Origin: a virus | Lineage: Duplodnaviria > Caudoviricetes | DNA length: 60,437 nt | Strand: one strand, 5' to 3' | IMG/VR virus record: IMGVR_UViG_3300036831_000053 | Coordinates: 1-60,437 of that record | In this document: in pieces, positions 9,577-20,015 of the stretch | How positions within the stretch are numbered: position 1 is the first letter of the stretch | Layout: each line of letters begins with the position of its first letter | Notes under the pieces: model-generated | What the model saw: the letters and a program-made list of their open reading frames with translations, nothing else | Databases searched by the model: none | What the model was told of the DNA's origin: nothing | Program-made: the position numbers and the translations under genes

Positions 9577-10475
9577 TGGCCATCGGAGCGAACCCTGGCA
9601 GCCAGGGCTACCCGGCCTTCTACCTCGGGCCGCTCGGCCGACTGATGGCGATCGCGGTTCCCTCGGCTGGTGCCGGCGCGTCTCCGCTCGTCTACGGCGT
9701 GCTGCACCAGAACCTGTCCGGCACGGCGACCAAGGACGTATTCGGCCAGAAGTGGTACTACCAGATCCCACTGGAGTCCCTCGATCCGCGAGCGTTCTCC
9801 TGGATCGAGATGCTGCTGCGGGGCGCGGTGGCTGGCCCGTTCTACCTGCTCGACCCGCGCCGCCGGAACCGGCTCGGCCCGGTCGTCTCCGGTTGCGGCA
9901 TCAACTACGCCGCGTCCGGGGTATCTCCGTGGCAACCCGCGTCCGGCACGGTGACCGTGGTCGCGGCCAACAGCGTGCTCCTGCCGTCGCCCACGAACGT
10001 CTTCACGCCCGGCCCGACCTATGCGCTCACCTGGGTGCCGACCGCCGCAGGCGTCCTCGTGGGCGGCCGTACGCCCGTCCCGGTATTGCCCGGCGAATCG
10101 GTCTGCTTCTCGTGCTACTGCCCGACCGGATCACCGTCACTGGAGTTGGTGCCCTACTCGGCGGCCGGCGTGGCCGGGGGAGCGATCTCCGGCACGGTCA
10201 ACGTGCCCGGCACCCTGGACCGCAAGTACATCAGCTACACCACCCCGACCAACGGATCCGTGGCCGCCGTCCTGCCGCAGATCCGCGCGGCCGCAGCCGG
10301 CACCTTCATCACCCAGGCGTGGCAGCTCACTGACGGCACCGTGCCCGAGCCGTGGGTGATGGGCGGTGGCATCCCCAAGGTGGTCTTCGACCAGGTGAAC
10401 ACGTCCGGCGCCTCGAACGGCATGGACTACCTGGGTAACACTCAGTCCGGATCCCTGACCCTCTACGAGGCGTGA
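9576..10475 (+). CDS. Minor tail protein (distal tail-like)
   Basis: Follows tape measure; FYLGPLG.L and GPFYLLDP...NRL motifs. Confidence 0.75.
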   Translation: MAIGANPGSQGYPAFYLGPLGRLMAIAVPSAGAGASPLVYGVLHQNLSGTATKDVFGQKWYYQIPLESLDPRAFSWIEMLLRGAVAGPFYLLDPRRRNRLGPVVSGCGINYAASGVSPWQPASGTVTVVAANSVLLPSPTNVFTPGPTYALTWVPTAAGVLVGGRTPVPVLPGESVCFSCYCPTGSPSLELVPYSAAGVAGGAISGTVNVPGTLDRKYISYTTPTNGSVAAVLPQIRAAAAGTFITQAWQLTDGTVPEPWVMGGGIPKVVFDQVNTSGASNGMDYLGNTQSGSLTLYEA

Positions 10476-13022
10476 ATGCAGCAGTCGGGTAACACCAACC
10501 TCGCGCTAGCCCTGGCGTCCGGCCAGACGCGCAACTTCACCGTGTCGGCCAAGTTCGACTGGCTGAAGAATGGCCTGTACGCCGACCCGAACTCAGACCT
10601 GTCCGCCCTGTTCCAAAGCGCCGTGGTCGATCGACAGCTGACCGGTGACTTCCCGGACGCCATCGACATCACCGAGGGCTACGTGGCGGCCGAGATGACC
10701 ATCACCCTGGAGGGCGTCCTGCCCAGTGATGGCGTCACCCCGATATGGCAGGCATTCAGCCCGTACGGCGGCGCCTACGGCACGACCGGTGCGATCAACG
10801 TCCCAGTCACCCTGGACTTGATCGTCCTGACTGCACTGGTGCCCGGCGGTATCGCGGTCCGGCAATTCACTGGCTACACCTCCGACAGCCTGCCTGACCG
10901 GTCTACCGGGGCGGTCACCGTCACCTGCTACGACCTGGCCAGCCAGCTCACCCAGGAGCAGACGCTCCAGACCTGGGCCGCCGACGCATATACCCGCGTC
11001 ACCCTGGCCAACTCCTACGCCGACGCCTGGGATAGCGGCAGCACGCTGCTGAGCTGGGTGATCGAGCACGTCCTGACCAAGGGCAACGTCTGGCAGGGGC
11101 CGACCTGGAACGCGTGGGCGGTGTGCGCCTGGACGCTCAACGGCTCGGTGCTGCCCTCCATCGGCTCCATCGGCATTGAGGACCCGTTCATCGGCGACCA
11201 GGGCCAGTCGGCCACCTCGACCAACTGGACGTTCGGTTACGGGGCCTACACGATCCCGCAGTACACGCCGGCTGGCCAGCCATCGACGGTGTGGGGCGCC
11301 GGCAAGTGGGGCAACTGCTGCTTCGTCGGGGCCAGCAAGCTGCCGACGTGGCCCGGCGGCCGAGGTGTCACCTACATCGCTGGCAACGCGCACGCGCAGA
11401 GCGGCTTCTCACCCTCGGCCAGCTACGGCAGCGCCAACTCGAATCTGATCGGGCTGAGCGTCTGGGTGGACATCGATCCGACCCAGACCGGCACCACTCA
11501 GATGACCGTGTTCCTGGAGGACGCTCAGTTCAACTACCAGGGCAGCAACCAGTACCCAGCCTACGGACTCCTGACGATCAACCACGCGACCGGCGCGGTC
11601 AGCCTCACCGTCAAGAACAACGGCTGGGGCAAGACCTGGACCTGGAACGCGGGCACCAATCTCACAGCCGGCTGGCACATGGTGTACGCCAACATCCAAT
11701 TCACTAGCACGGCCGTCAACGCCAACCTCTACGACACCGGCACACTGACCGCGTCGGGCAACGGCGGCCTGGCCTCGACTCTCGGCGCTCCGGTGTATTC
11801 GTTCCCGCCGTCGAGCGGCAATCTGTGCCAGATCCACTGCTCCGGGCCGGCCCAGTACGCCCAGATCTGGTTCCAGCCCAACACGTCGCTGGGCTCGATC
11901 GTCCAGCCGCCGATGACCCAGCCGAACGTGGGTTGCACCATCGACCGCAGCCTGACCCGGCTGACCTGGATGCCCGACATCAACGGCACCCAGATCTGGG
12001 ACATCCTCAAGGCGGCGGCCGTTGGCGAGCTCGGGGCGATCCAGATCGACGAGCAGGGGATCGTGCACTTCAGCAACCGGGCCACGATCCAGGCCCTGAA
12101 GGTCTCCAGCGCCAGCGTGCGCACGTTGACCCAGGACGAGTTCTACAACGTCCAGCCCGAGTCCGTGCTGGCCTCGGTGGCCAACCAGATCACCTGGTCG
12201 GTGGAGACCAAGCTGGCAGCCTCGTTCACCAGCGCCTACGCCACCAGCAGCTCAGCCCAGTACCTCGTGCCGGCCAACACGACCCAGACGTGGCCGATCA
12301 CTCTGGACGGTGTGCAGTCGATCCGGCTCGGCGACATCTCCTGGCACCCCGAGGCACAGGGCATCGGCAACGCCTCGAACCCGCTGGAGCCGGGCGGTGC
12401 CGGACCGGGGGGCACGTTCACCTGCAACGACTGGATGCAGATCTACGGGCCCGACTATTGGTACGACGGCTTCACCGCCTACGCGCCCGGCAGCAGTACG
12501 CCCGGCAGTTGCCCGACGGTGGGCAGCGGGATCAACGCCATTCCGGAGATCAACACCATCGGCGACCACAAGGACTCGCGCTCGATGAACCTCGTGCTGA
12601 TCAACGCCAACACGAGCGGCGGTGCCCTGGAGTTCGCCGTGGACGACTCGACGCCCTTCCTGCACGTCGGCGGGACCACGGTGGTCGATCAGGGCGCGAC
12701 GACCGGGGCGAGCAGCGACAGCACCAGCCAGACCACGTTCGGCGTGCGGAGCCAGGCGCTGCCCGGTGGCGACTGGCTCCAGGACGCGGTCTACACGCCG
12801 ACGATCGCCAACTCCCTGCTTGCCGACGTGAAGCAGCCCAAGCCGGTCTTCCAGACCGTCGACATCGTCGGCGACCCACGCCTACAACTGGAAGACGTGC
12901 TGGACCTGTCCGACCCATTCGGGCTCGGCGCGAACATGTACGCGTCGGTCGTCGGCATCAACCGTAAGATCGACAGCTCATCGAACGGTGTCCGAGACAC
13001 CCTGACCTTGCGGAGTATCTGA
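10476..13022 (+). CDS. Large minor tail/baseplate hub protein
   Basis: 848 aa, beta-rich; DE.G..HF..R and GDPRLQL.D motifs. Confidence 0.8.
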   Translation: MQQSGNTNLALALASGQTRNFTVSAKFDWLKNGLYADPNSDLSALFQSAVVDRQLTGDFPDAIDITEGYVAAEMTITLEGVLPSDGVTPIWQAFSPYGGAYGTTGAINVPVTLDLIVLTALVPGGIAVRQFTGYTSDSLPDRSTGAVTVTCYDLASQLTQEQTLQTWAADAYTRVTLANSYADAWDSGSTLLSWVIEHVLTKGNVWQGPTWNAWAVCAWTLNGSVLPSIGSIGIEDPFIGDQGQSATSTNWTFGYGAYTIPQYTPAGQPSTVWGAGKWGNCCFVGASKLPTWPGGRGVTYIAGNAHAQSGFSPSASYGSANSNLIGLSVWVDIDPTQTGTTQMTVFLEDAQFNYQGSNQYPAYGLLTINHATGAVSLTVKNNGWGKTWTWNAGTNLTAGWHMVYANIQFTSTAVNANLYDTGTLTASGNGGLASTLGAPVYSFPPSSGNLCQIHCSGPAQYAQIWFQPNTSLGSIVQPPMTQPNVGCTIDRSLTRLTWMPDINGTQIWDILKAAAVGELGAIQIDEQGIVHFSNRATIQALKVSSASVRTLTQDEFYNVQPESVLASVANQITWSVETKLAASFTSAYATSSSAQYLVPANTTQTWPITLDGVQSIRLGDISWHPEAQGIGNASNPLEPGGAGPGGTFTCNDWMQIYGPDYWYDGFTAYAPGSSTPGSCPTVGSGINAIPEINTIGDHKDSRSMNLVLINANTSGGALEFAVDDSTPFLHVGGTTVVDQGATTGASSDSTSQTTFGVRSQALPGGDWLQDAVYTPTIANSLLADVKQPKPVFQTVDIVGDPRLQLEDVLDLSDPFGLGANMYASVVGINRKIDSSSNGVRDTLTLRSI

Positions 13023-13399
13023 TGGCCCAGCATGCCCAGCCGGACGGCGGCCCGCTCGGGCCCTATGCCATCTCGCTCATCCGGACGGTGGTCCCCCTGA
13101 TCTGGGGCCACGCGGTGGCCTACGCCATCTCCTTCGGCATCCCCGCCAGCTTCCTGGCCACCTATCGCGACGTGGCCACCGAGGCGCTGGGTCTCGTGCT
13201 CACGACCGCCTGGTACGCGCTGTGGCGTCTCCTGGAAGTACGCCTGCCGCAGATCGACACCGACATCACCCACGTCATGACCTGGGTCGCCCTTGGTCAT
13301 CCGGCGGCGCCGATCTACGCCACGGCGCCGGTTCCGCAGCAGTCGGGTAACACCGGCAACTCCACGGTGAACGTGACAATCCAGCCGCCCGCGCCGTAA
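13022..13399 (+). CDS. Holin-like membrane protein
   Basis: SLIRTVVP.IWG, WYALWRLLE and LG...AP.Y motifs; two hydrophobic segments. Confidence 0.7.
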   Translation: MAQHAQPDGGPLGPYAISLIRTVVPLIWGHAVAYAISFGIPASFLATYRDVATEALGLVLTTAWYALWRLLEVRLPQIDTDITHVMTWVALGHPAAPIYATAPVPQQSGNTGNSTVNVTIQPPAP

Positions 13400-13432
13400 C
13401 CTGATCTCGATCGGTCGAGGTTCTCGCGCTCC

Positions 13433-13834
13433 TTACTGATCTCCTGTTCGCGGCCCCCGGTCTATGCCAGCCGGGGGCCGCATCATGTCCTGGGGAATGT
13501 CGAGGTAGCCGCCCGCCGAGGTGAGCAGCACCCACTTGCGGCAGAGGATCTTGACCGGGGTCAGGCGAGGCACCTCCCACTCAGGGATCATGAACCCGCG
13601 CTCGGCGGCCCAGGCCGGGTCTAGGTGGGCGGACGGTCGGCCGAGGTTGTGCGCCTCGTGGCACAGGGCCAGCAGGTTGGGCAGCGTGTGCACGTCGGGC
13701 TTGCGGGTGCCACCTGATCCACGCTTGCGGCGATGATGCGCGGCCCAACTGTCGCCGAGCGGCCGGCCAGAGATCTCGCAGCGACCACCGGCCCGCTCGT
13801 AGAGCGCTTCGCGAATGGGTGCCCAATTCGTCAT
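13433..13834 (-). CDS. HNH endonuclease
   Basis: ERAGGRCE, HHRRKRGSGG and NLLALC..AH motifs; start MTNWAP at 13834. Confidence 0.8.
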   Translation of the reverse strand: MTNWAPIREALYERAGGRCEISGRPLGDSWAAHHRRKRGSGGTRKPDVHTLPNLLALCHEAHNLGRPSAHLDPAWAAERGFMIPEWEVPRLTPVKILCRKWVLLTSAGGYLDIPQDMMRPPAGIDRGPRTGDQ

Positions 13835-13851
13835 AGTTCCACAGCGTAGCA

Positions 13852-13881
13852 TTGTGCCCCGCTGATCAGGCGGGGTACACT
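13852..13881 (+). promoter_or_regulatory. Palindromic promoter/operator copy 1 (between divergent HNH and RHH genes)
   Basis: TTGTGCCCCGC-TGATCAG-GCGGGGTACACT; ATG 7 nt after the -10 box. Confidence 0.8.
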
Positions 13882-13888
13882 TCGCACC

Positions 13889-14338
13889 ATGACCGAAGAC
13901 ACCTCGCTGGCGGACCTCGCCCGCCAGTACACCGAACAGGCCGCGCCGGGGCCCGAGGCTACCGACGTGGTCATGGACAAGAGCGAGGTCGACCTGAAGA
14001 TCGATCAGGTCGTGCACGAGGCGGCCACGATCCGAGCCGAAACCAAGGGGCAGACGTTGGCCGGAGTCGCTCGGGCCATCATCTTCCTGGAGGCCGAGCA
14101 CGCCGTACCGGACCCGGCATACCGGTCGGAGATCACTCGGCCTCCACTGCGGGAGTACCGCCAGGAAGGTGACCGGGCCCGGCTGCGGTTCAAGCTGCCC
14201 CGCGTCGACTACGAAATGGCCCAGCGGGCGATCCGCCGGTCGGGCCGCAGCATCAGCCAGATCGTGGAGCAGGGGCTGCGCGAGTACGCCCGTACGGGTG
14301 CCATCGCCCCCGCGCCGCGAACCGAACCCAGCGAATGA
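13889..14338 (+). CDS. Tandem ribbon-helix-helix DNA-binding protein (candidate regulator)
   Basis: Two RHH-like units: VDLKIDQVVHEAATIRAETKGQTLAGVARAII and LRFKLPRVDYEMAQRAIRRSGRSISQIVEQGLREY. Confidence 0.6.
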   Translation: MTEDTSLADLARQYTEQAAPGPEATDVVMDKSEVDLKIDQVVHEAATIRAETKGQTLAGVARAIIFLEAEHAVPDPAYRSEITRPPLREYRQEGDRARLRFKLPRVDYEMAQRAIRRSGRSISQIVEQGLREYARTGAIAPAPRTEPSE

Positions 14339-15243
14339 AACAGGAGATCAACGTGAGCACCTCGGCCGATCAGCCAGACGCCGTCCTGGCCGCCGTCTGG
14401 GCCGTCATGAAGGAGGTCACCGTCATCGCCAAGGGTGACCGTGGCCCGAAGGAGCAGGGCAGCTACAAGTTCCGGTCCGCCGATGACGTGGTGGACACCC
14501 TCGGCCCGGCATTCCGGCAACACGGCCTGTTCCTCCAGTCCGAGGTCGTCACTGTCGACAACGAGGCGTACGTGACTACCGGCACTGACCGGCAGGGCAA
14601 CGAGCGCGTCACCCACTGGTGCCGAACCCGGGTCGTCATGAACTACCAGATCACCTCGCTGGTGGACGGCAGCTCCCTGCATTTCGGGGCCAGCGGTGAA
14701 GGTCTGGACCAGTCGGACAAGTCGAGCAACAAGGCCCTCACGGCGGCGATGAAGTACGCGCTGTGCCAGGCGTTCGTCATCCCGACCGGCGACCCGGATC
14801 CCGACAGCGAATCTCCCATGGTCGACACCCCGGCCGCGCGGGCGATCGCCGAGCGTCGGGCCCAGGAGCAGGCCGCTCGCCCGCCTGCCGTGCCCGTTGC
14901 CAGCCCGGTGCCGGCACCTGCGGCCGAACAGTCCAGCCCGACTGCGCAGCCCGAGCAGGAGCGTACGGCAGCCCAGTCGTACGAGGAGAAGGCCGCGACC
15001 GTGGCCCTCACCGAGGCGGCCAAGCAGTTCGTGCAGATCCAGGAGCGCGGCGACACGCTGTCGTTCTCGCCCGAACAGCTCGACCGTGCGGCCAAGGCCC
15101 ACCAGGTGGCCATCACCGGCAACCGGGCGCTCATCAACCGGGTCATCATCCAGGCCAAGGCCGAGGGCATCATGCAGGCCCCGACTCACGGTGACACCGT
15201 TCTGCACGCGGTCCTGGGCGCACTGCGCGAGGTGTCTCCGTGA
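14335..15243 (+). CDS. ERF-family ssDNA annealing protein
   Basis: YKFRSADDV, GEGLD.SDKS.NKA.TAA.KYAL.Q.F.IPTGDPDPD motifs. Confidence 0.88.
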   Translation: MKQEINVSTSADQPDAVLAAVWAVMKEVTVIAKGDRGPKEQGSYKFRSADDVVDTLGPAFRQHGLFLQSEVVTVDNEAYVTTGTDRQGNERVTHWCRTRVVMNYQITSLVDGSSLHFGASGEGLDQSDKSSNKALTAAMKYALCQAFVIPTGDPDPDSESPMVDTPAARAIAERRAQEQAARPPAVPVASPVPAPAAEQSSPTAQPEQERTAAQSYEEKAATVALTEAAKQFVQIQERGDTLSFSPEQLDRAAKAHQVAITGNRALINRVIIQAKAEGIMQAPTHGDTVLHAVLGALREVSP

Positions 15244-16109
15244 TCAGCGTCGAGCGCGGCCTGGTCCGGGCCTTCTACCCGGCGCACATCAGTTGCCTGG
15301 ACGCGGCTGACCCGATTCAAGATCCCGAGTTCGGTCTGGTCTGCCAGGGCTGTGGCACCATCCTCGGGTTCCCGGACAAGATCGGTACCGAGGAGGACTC
15401 GGGCGCGGTGGCGACGCCCGAGGAGGCGCACGACGCCGAGGGCCTGTCCGGCCAGCGTGAGATCGAGCCCGAGCCACCCGAGGTGGGCGGCGGTGGTGTT
15501 CCGTATGAACCGGCCGAGCCGCCGCAGGAGCCGCTGGACGACAAGCACGCGGCTATCGCCGAGAGCATGACCCAGGGCGACCCGCCGTGGTCCGAGGATC
15601 AGGACTCACCGATCCAGCACGAGCCGGTCATCAACGAGCAACCACCCGACGAGGCCGATCTGCCGGCACCGCACGGCTCGGCCAGTAAGTCGGCGGTCGT
15701 GCCACAGGATCCGATCATGGCCGCCCTGGACGTGATCGACCCGACTCGGCCGTACACCCCGGCCGAGGTCGAGAGCCAGCTGGTCGACATCGAGGCCCGG
15801 CTGGATCGCGGCCAGCACTATCAGCGCGTCTGGGAGGAGCGGGCCTTCCGCACCAAGCTGGCCTACACCCTGGCCTACGAGGCCGACCTGGTGCGGATCT
15901 ACAACGATACCCGGGCCCCTGCGGATATACGGCAGGCGCAGGCCAGGCAGGTGAACAGGGCAGCCTACGAGGCGATGACGCTGGCCGAGATGATGGTCAA
16001 GGCGGTCCGCGAAACGATGCACACACTGCGCAGTCAGCTCTCGGGGTACCAGTCGATCTGCCGCAGCGTGGGGGCATCGTTCAGTGGCCCACAAGGGTAC
16101 CGAACGTGA
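15240..16109 (+). CDS. Hypothetical protein (acidic linker, C-terminal coiled coil)
   Basis: Coupled ORF, genome-typical codon use. Confidence 0.6.
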   Translation: MISVERGLVRAFYPAHISCLDAADPIQDPEFGLVCQGCGTILGFPDKIGTEEDSGAVATPEEAHDAEGLSGQREIEPEPPEVGGGGVPYEPAEPPQEPLDDKHAAIAESMTQGDPPWSEDQDSPIQHEPVINEQPPDEADLPAPHGSASKSAVVPQDPIMAALDVIDPTRPYTPAEVESQLVDIEARLDRGQHYQRVWEERAFRTKLAYTLAYEADLVRIYNDTRAPADIRQAQARQVNRAAYEAMTLAEMMVKAVRETMHTLRSQLSGYQSICRSVGASFSGPQGYRT

Positions 16110-16507
16110 TCATCAAACACCCCGGCAACGTGGCCACTCGCCTGCAACTGCGCAGTCGTGAGCTACCCAACGGCTGCCGTGAGTGGATTGGAGCCCGACA
16201 TCCGAGCGGGTACGGCGTGATCAGGATCGACGGCAAGAACCAGTACGCGCACCGGGTTGCCTTTGTGCTGGCCGGTGGCGTACTGGACGACAAGCTGGTA
16301 CTCGATCACCTGAAGTGCGACTACCCGCCGTGCATCAGGGCTGAACACCTGGCACAGGTCACACAAGGCGAGAACGTAGCGCGTAACCGTCTCGCCACAG
16401 CGACACATTGCAAGCGTCATCACGAGTGGACTGACGAGAACACCTACCGCGACCCGAAGGGCCATCGGCGTTGCCGAGCCTGCCGGGCCGGTGGATACCG
16501 AACCTGA
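16106..16507 (+). CDS. HNH endonuclease (HNH_3 type)
   Basis: GC.EW.G, GYG, AHRVAF, LDH..C..P.C....HL..VT..EN and THCK..HE motifs. Confidence 0.88.
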   Translation: MIIKHPGNVATRLQLRSRELPNGCREWIGARHPSGYGVIRIDGKNQYAHRVAFVLAGGVLDDKLVLDHLKCDYPPCIRAEHLAQVTQGENVARNRLATATHCKRHHEWTDENTYRDPKGHRRCRACRAGGYRT

Positions 16508-16520
16508 ACAGGAGAGCGTG

Positions 16521-17072
16521 ATGGGCAAGCTGCACGAGGACAAGGCATTCGTGGAGATCCTGGCCAGCCACATGCGGCCGGGCGACGAGGGCGCGCTGCT
16601 GCGCTTCTCGGCCGCTCTGGAGGACATGCGTAAGGGTGTGGCCAGTATCGGTGGTCACCGCGTGCGGTCGTGGCTGGCGGCCTCGGCGACCGGCACGGCG
16701 TCGGAGTACGCCCACGAGGCCGGACTGGCCGTGGTGCGGATCGACTGGGGCCAGCGACTGAAGCCGAAGTCCTGATACCTCTTATCCGGAAAGACATCTA
16801 CGACCGTCCCGAATGGACGACAACAGGAGATCACGATGGGCCTGTTCAGCAAGGATGAGTGGAGTACCCGGGAGATCTCGGCGACGGAGCTGGAGCCGAA
16901 GATGCTCCTGGCGCCCGGCCGGTACCAGCAGGAGCCGCTGACCAACGTTCACCGCAAGGGTGAAGAGGTGGTGGAGGTGGTCCAGGAGGACCGGCTGATC
17001 ACAGTGCTGGGCGCCGGTTCCGTGGACATGTGGAACCTGACGCCCGAAGACATCGTGGTCATCGCCCAGTAA
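16521..17072 (+). CDS. Two small hypothetical proteins (16521-16775, 16836-17072)
   Basis: Each preceded by an AGGAG RBS. Confidence 0.55.
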
Positions 17073-17097
17073 TCAACAAGACCAACAGGAGATCAAC

Positions 17098-17577
17098 ATG
17101 GCAGGCGAAACCAGCATCACCCTGGTGGGGAACCTCACCAGTGATCCGGAGCTGCGGTTCACGGGTGGCGGCGCGGCCGTGGCCTCGTTCACCGTGGCCA
17201 GCACGCCCCGGAAATTCGACAAGAACACCAACCAGTGGCAGGACGGCGAGGCGCTGTTCATGCGCTGCTCGATCTGGCGTCAGGCCGCCGAGAACGTGGC
17301 CGAGACCCTGACCCGAGGCATGCGGGTGATCGTGACCGGCTCGATGCGCCAGCGCAGCTACACCACCAAGGAGGGCGAGAAGCGCACGGTCATCGAGCTG
17401 GAGGTGGAGGAGGTGGGCCCCTCGATCCGGTATGCCACGGCGAAGGTAAACCGGGCCGCGCGCGAGGGCTCGACCAGCACCCAGCAGGCGCCGGCCGCAG
17501 CGGCGGCGGATGACCCGTGGGGTACGCCTGCGGCGACCGGGCAACAGTCCGCGTTCGATGGTCCGCCTCCGTTCTGA
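17098..17577 (+). CDS. ssb: Single-stranded DNA-binding protein
   Basis: [22 protein letters not shown]...[22 protein letters not shown]...PPF, canonical actinobacterial SSB. Confidence 0.97.
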   Translation: MAGETSITLVGNLTSDPELRFTGGGAAVASFTVASTPRKFDKNTNQWQDGEALFMRCSIWRQAAENVAETLTRGMRVIVTGSMRQRSYTTKEGEKRTVIELEVEEVGPSIRYATAKVNRAAREGSTSTQQAPAAAAADDPWGTPAATGQQSAFDGPPPF

Positions 17578-17598
17578 TCTTTGATCCGAGATTGCCGC

Positions 17599-17627
17599 TT
17601 GTACCCCGTCGCGAGGCGGGGTACATT
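17599..17627 (+). promoter_or_regulatory. Palindromic promoter copy 2
   Basis: TTGTAC-17 nt-TACATT with arms TGTACCCCG/CGGGGTACA; leaderless ATG at 17634. Confidence 0.85.
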
Positions 17628-17633
17628 CGTTTC

Positions 17634-19432
17634 ATGACCTTGAACCTGTCAAACGTGATGTTGCAGCAGAAGGCCGACTACACGCTGGCCGTGCACATCG
17701 TGCCGGTCATCGAGACCCAGCAGGAGCAGTGCGAGGAGTGCCAGCTCATCGGCGCCTACGCCAACGCCCGCGTCTCCTACACCCGCGACGAGCCCCTGGA
17801 GGGACCGGAGCGCGACGTGGCCCAGATGTGCCTGGCGTGCGTCATCCCGTTCATCGACTCCATCGACTACCTGAACACCGACATCGAGATCGACGTGGAG
17901 GTGTCCCGTGTCGCAACTGCCCGCCCTTTCTGAGACCCAGTACAACCACCTGCACCGGGTCGGTCAGACGGCTGCCAACGAGGTGATCGAGCACTACCGC
18001 AACGAGCCGCAGGGTCGAGAGCGGATCCAGCTGGAGCTGACCACCTCCGACGCGCTGTGGAACGACCCCACGATCAACTACTCGGACACCGAAACCAGCT
18101 TGGCGCTGCTGTCCGGCTACCGGGACACCCTGCGCGAATACCTGGAGCGGGGGAGCGATGCCTGAGTCGGTCGAGCAGCACATGTACGAGTCCGGCGGCC
18201 TCCGCAGCACCTGCACGGTCTGCGGCCAGATGTACGCGGCGGAGGTGCACCACGTCGTACCCGAGGGCTGGTGCCAGTGGGACGAGGAAGACCACGACTA
18301 TCAGCCCGGCCTCCTGGAGTGTCGCCGCTGCGGCGCCGAGGAGCCGCCGCCCGAGGAGGACGAAGACGATGAGTGAGCTGATGATCGGCGACCGGGTCAT
18401 GCCCGAGCCGCGCAGCATCCTGGCCGTACTGAAGGATCAGCTCAACGCGGCCGTACTAGTCGAGCGACAGCGGCGCGGGCCGGTCAGCGACGTGGCCGAC
18501 ACGTACGAGATGCACCGCAGCCTGGCCGCCGTCGAGGAGACCTGCGGGGAATACTCCCGGGCCTTCCAGGCCGTCCAGCGCGAGGCACGCTCCGTTGCCG
18601 AGGAAGAGCTGGGCGAGGTCTTCGGAGAACAGGACGGCATCCCGAACGACGGGACCACCGTGCCGTGCCCTGACGGAACCGAGGTGCGGGTTATCCGTCA
18701 GTTCGCCAACGTATGGACGGCCGACGAGAACGCGGTGATGGCGGCAGTGGCCTATCAGGTGCTGGAGACCTTCACCGAGGAGGTGGAGGGCCTGACTGAG
18801 TGTGAGGCGCAGCCGGAGACGGATGCCGCGCGGAACACCCTGGCCAATCTGCTCATCATCGCCATGCAGCGCTACAGCGAGACCGGCAAGTACGAGCCGC
18901 AGGTGACCAAGGTGAAGGCCCTGGTCAAGGAGATGGCCGGGGTACCGGCAGGTGATCGGGTGGCGGCCACGGTGGCCGCGTCCCTGAAGAAGACCCAGCA
19001 GTACAAGGGGATCAAGATCGAGCGCGTTCAACCGAAAGGAAAATGACCATGACCGAGTACGACCCGTGGTACGTGCGCAACAACCGGACCCCGAAGGGCG
19101 ACGACGAGCGCAAGGCGGTCGAGGACGCTCTGCGCTGCATGGGTGCCCAGGTGGACGAGGTGAGTAGCTGGCCGACGGTGGCGGAAGTCCTCGGCCGCGA
19201 GGTGCTCCGACTGCGGACCGCGCTGGACAACGCGCCCGACGCCATGACGCCCGACGGTGCCACGGTGCAGCTGGTGGTGCCGAGCGGCCAGATGCAGCAC
19301 ACCCACATGATCGAGGCGCTCGTGGCCGCATCCTCGGCTCTTGCCGGCACCGAGGGTCCCGACCGACTCCGAGGCATGAAGAAGGCAATCACCCACCTGC
19401 GCGAGGCGCTGGACCTGGAACCCGAGAAGTGA
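17634..19432 (+). CDS. Five coupled hypothetical proteins (17634-17933, 17908-18165, 18158-18376, 18369-19046, 19043-19432)
   Basis: Overlapping start/stop codons; two carry CxxC pairs. Confidence 0.6.
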
Positions 19433-19626
19433 AGAAGATCGAACGCGAGTTGGGGCGCTTGGCCGAGCGATACGGCTTCGGCGCCCCGGCGCGCACCTCG
19501 AAGGGGCACTTCGCGTTCAAACATCCGTCCGGCCGGACGGTCTACTTTTCCGGCACACCGGGCGACCGATGGGCGCTGGAGCGTCTCAAGCAGAAGTTTC
19601 GGATCATGAACAAGGAGAACGCGTGA
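19429..19626 (+). CDS. HicA-like small basic protein
   Basis: 65 aa; G..RTSKGHF.FKHPSG.TV.FSGTPGD pattern. Confidence 0.55.
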   Translation: MKKIERELGRLAERYGFGAPARTSKGHFAFKHPSGRTVYFSGTPGDRWALERLKQKFRIMNKENA

Positions 19627-20015
19627 TGGATGACCAGCGGATCCAGGAAGCCGTCGCCCTGGCCGAACACCTGAAGAAGTGGACCGATCCGCGAATTGCG
19701 ATCCTCGCCAGTGCGGTGCTGGATATGGCGGACCAGCAGTCCGACCGCACCGCCGCTGCGCAGATATCGGAGGCGATCACCATCGCTGGCGATCAGATCG
19801 GCAAGATTCGGGCCGAGTTCGTGAAGTCCCTCGTGTCAACACAACAGGTAATGATCGCGCAGCAGCCCGAACCGGTGGGCCGAGACGAACTGGCCGGGGT
19901 GGTTACGGCGGCCCATCGGAACTGGGAGGAGCACGACCTCTACGGCCACGTCGACGACTACATCACGGAGTGCGTCCAGGAACACTTCGTGGTCACCCGC
20001 AAGGTCGGTGCGTGA
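19626..20015 (+). CDS. Hypothetical protein
   Basis: AAGGAG RBS; coupled ORF. Confidence 0.55.
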   Translation: MDDQRIQEAVALAEHLKKWTDPRIAILASAVLDMADQQSDRTAAAQISEAITIAGDQIGKIRAEFVKSLVSTQQVMIAQQPEPVGRDELAGVVTAAHRNWEEHDLYGHVDDYITECVQEHFVVTRKVGA

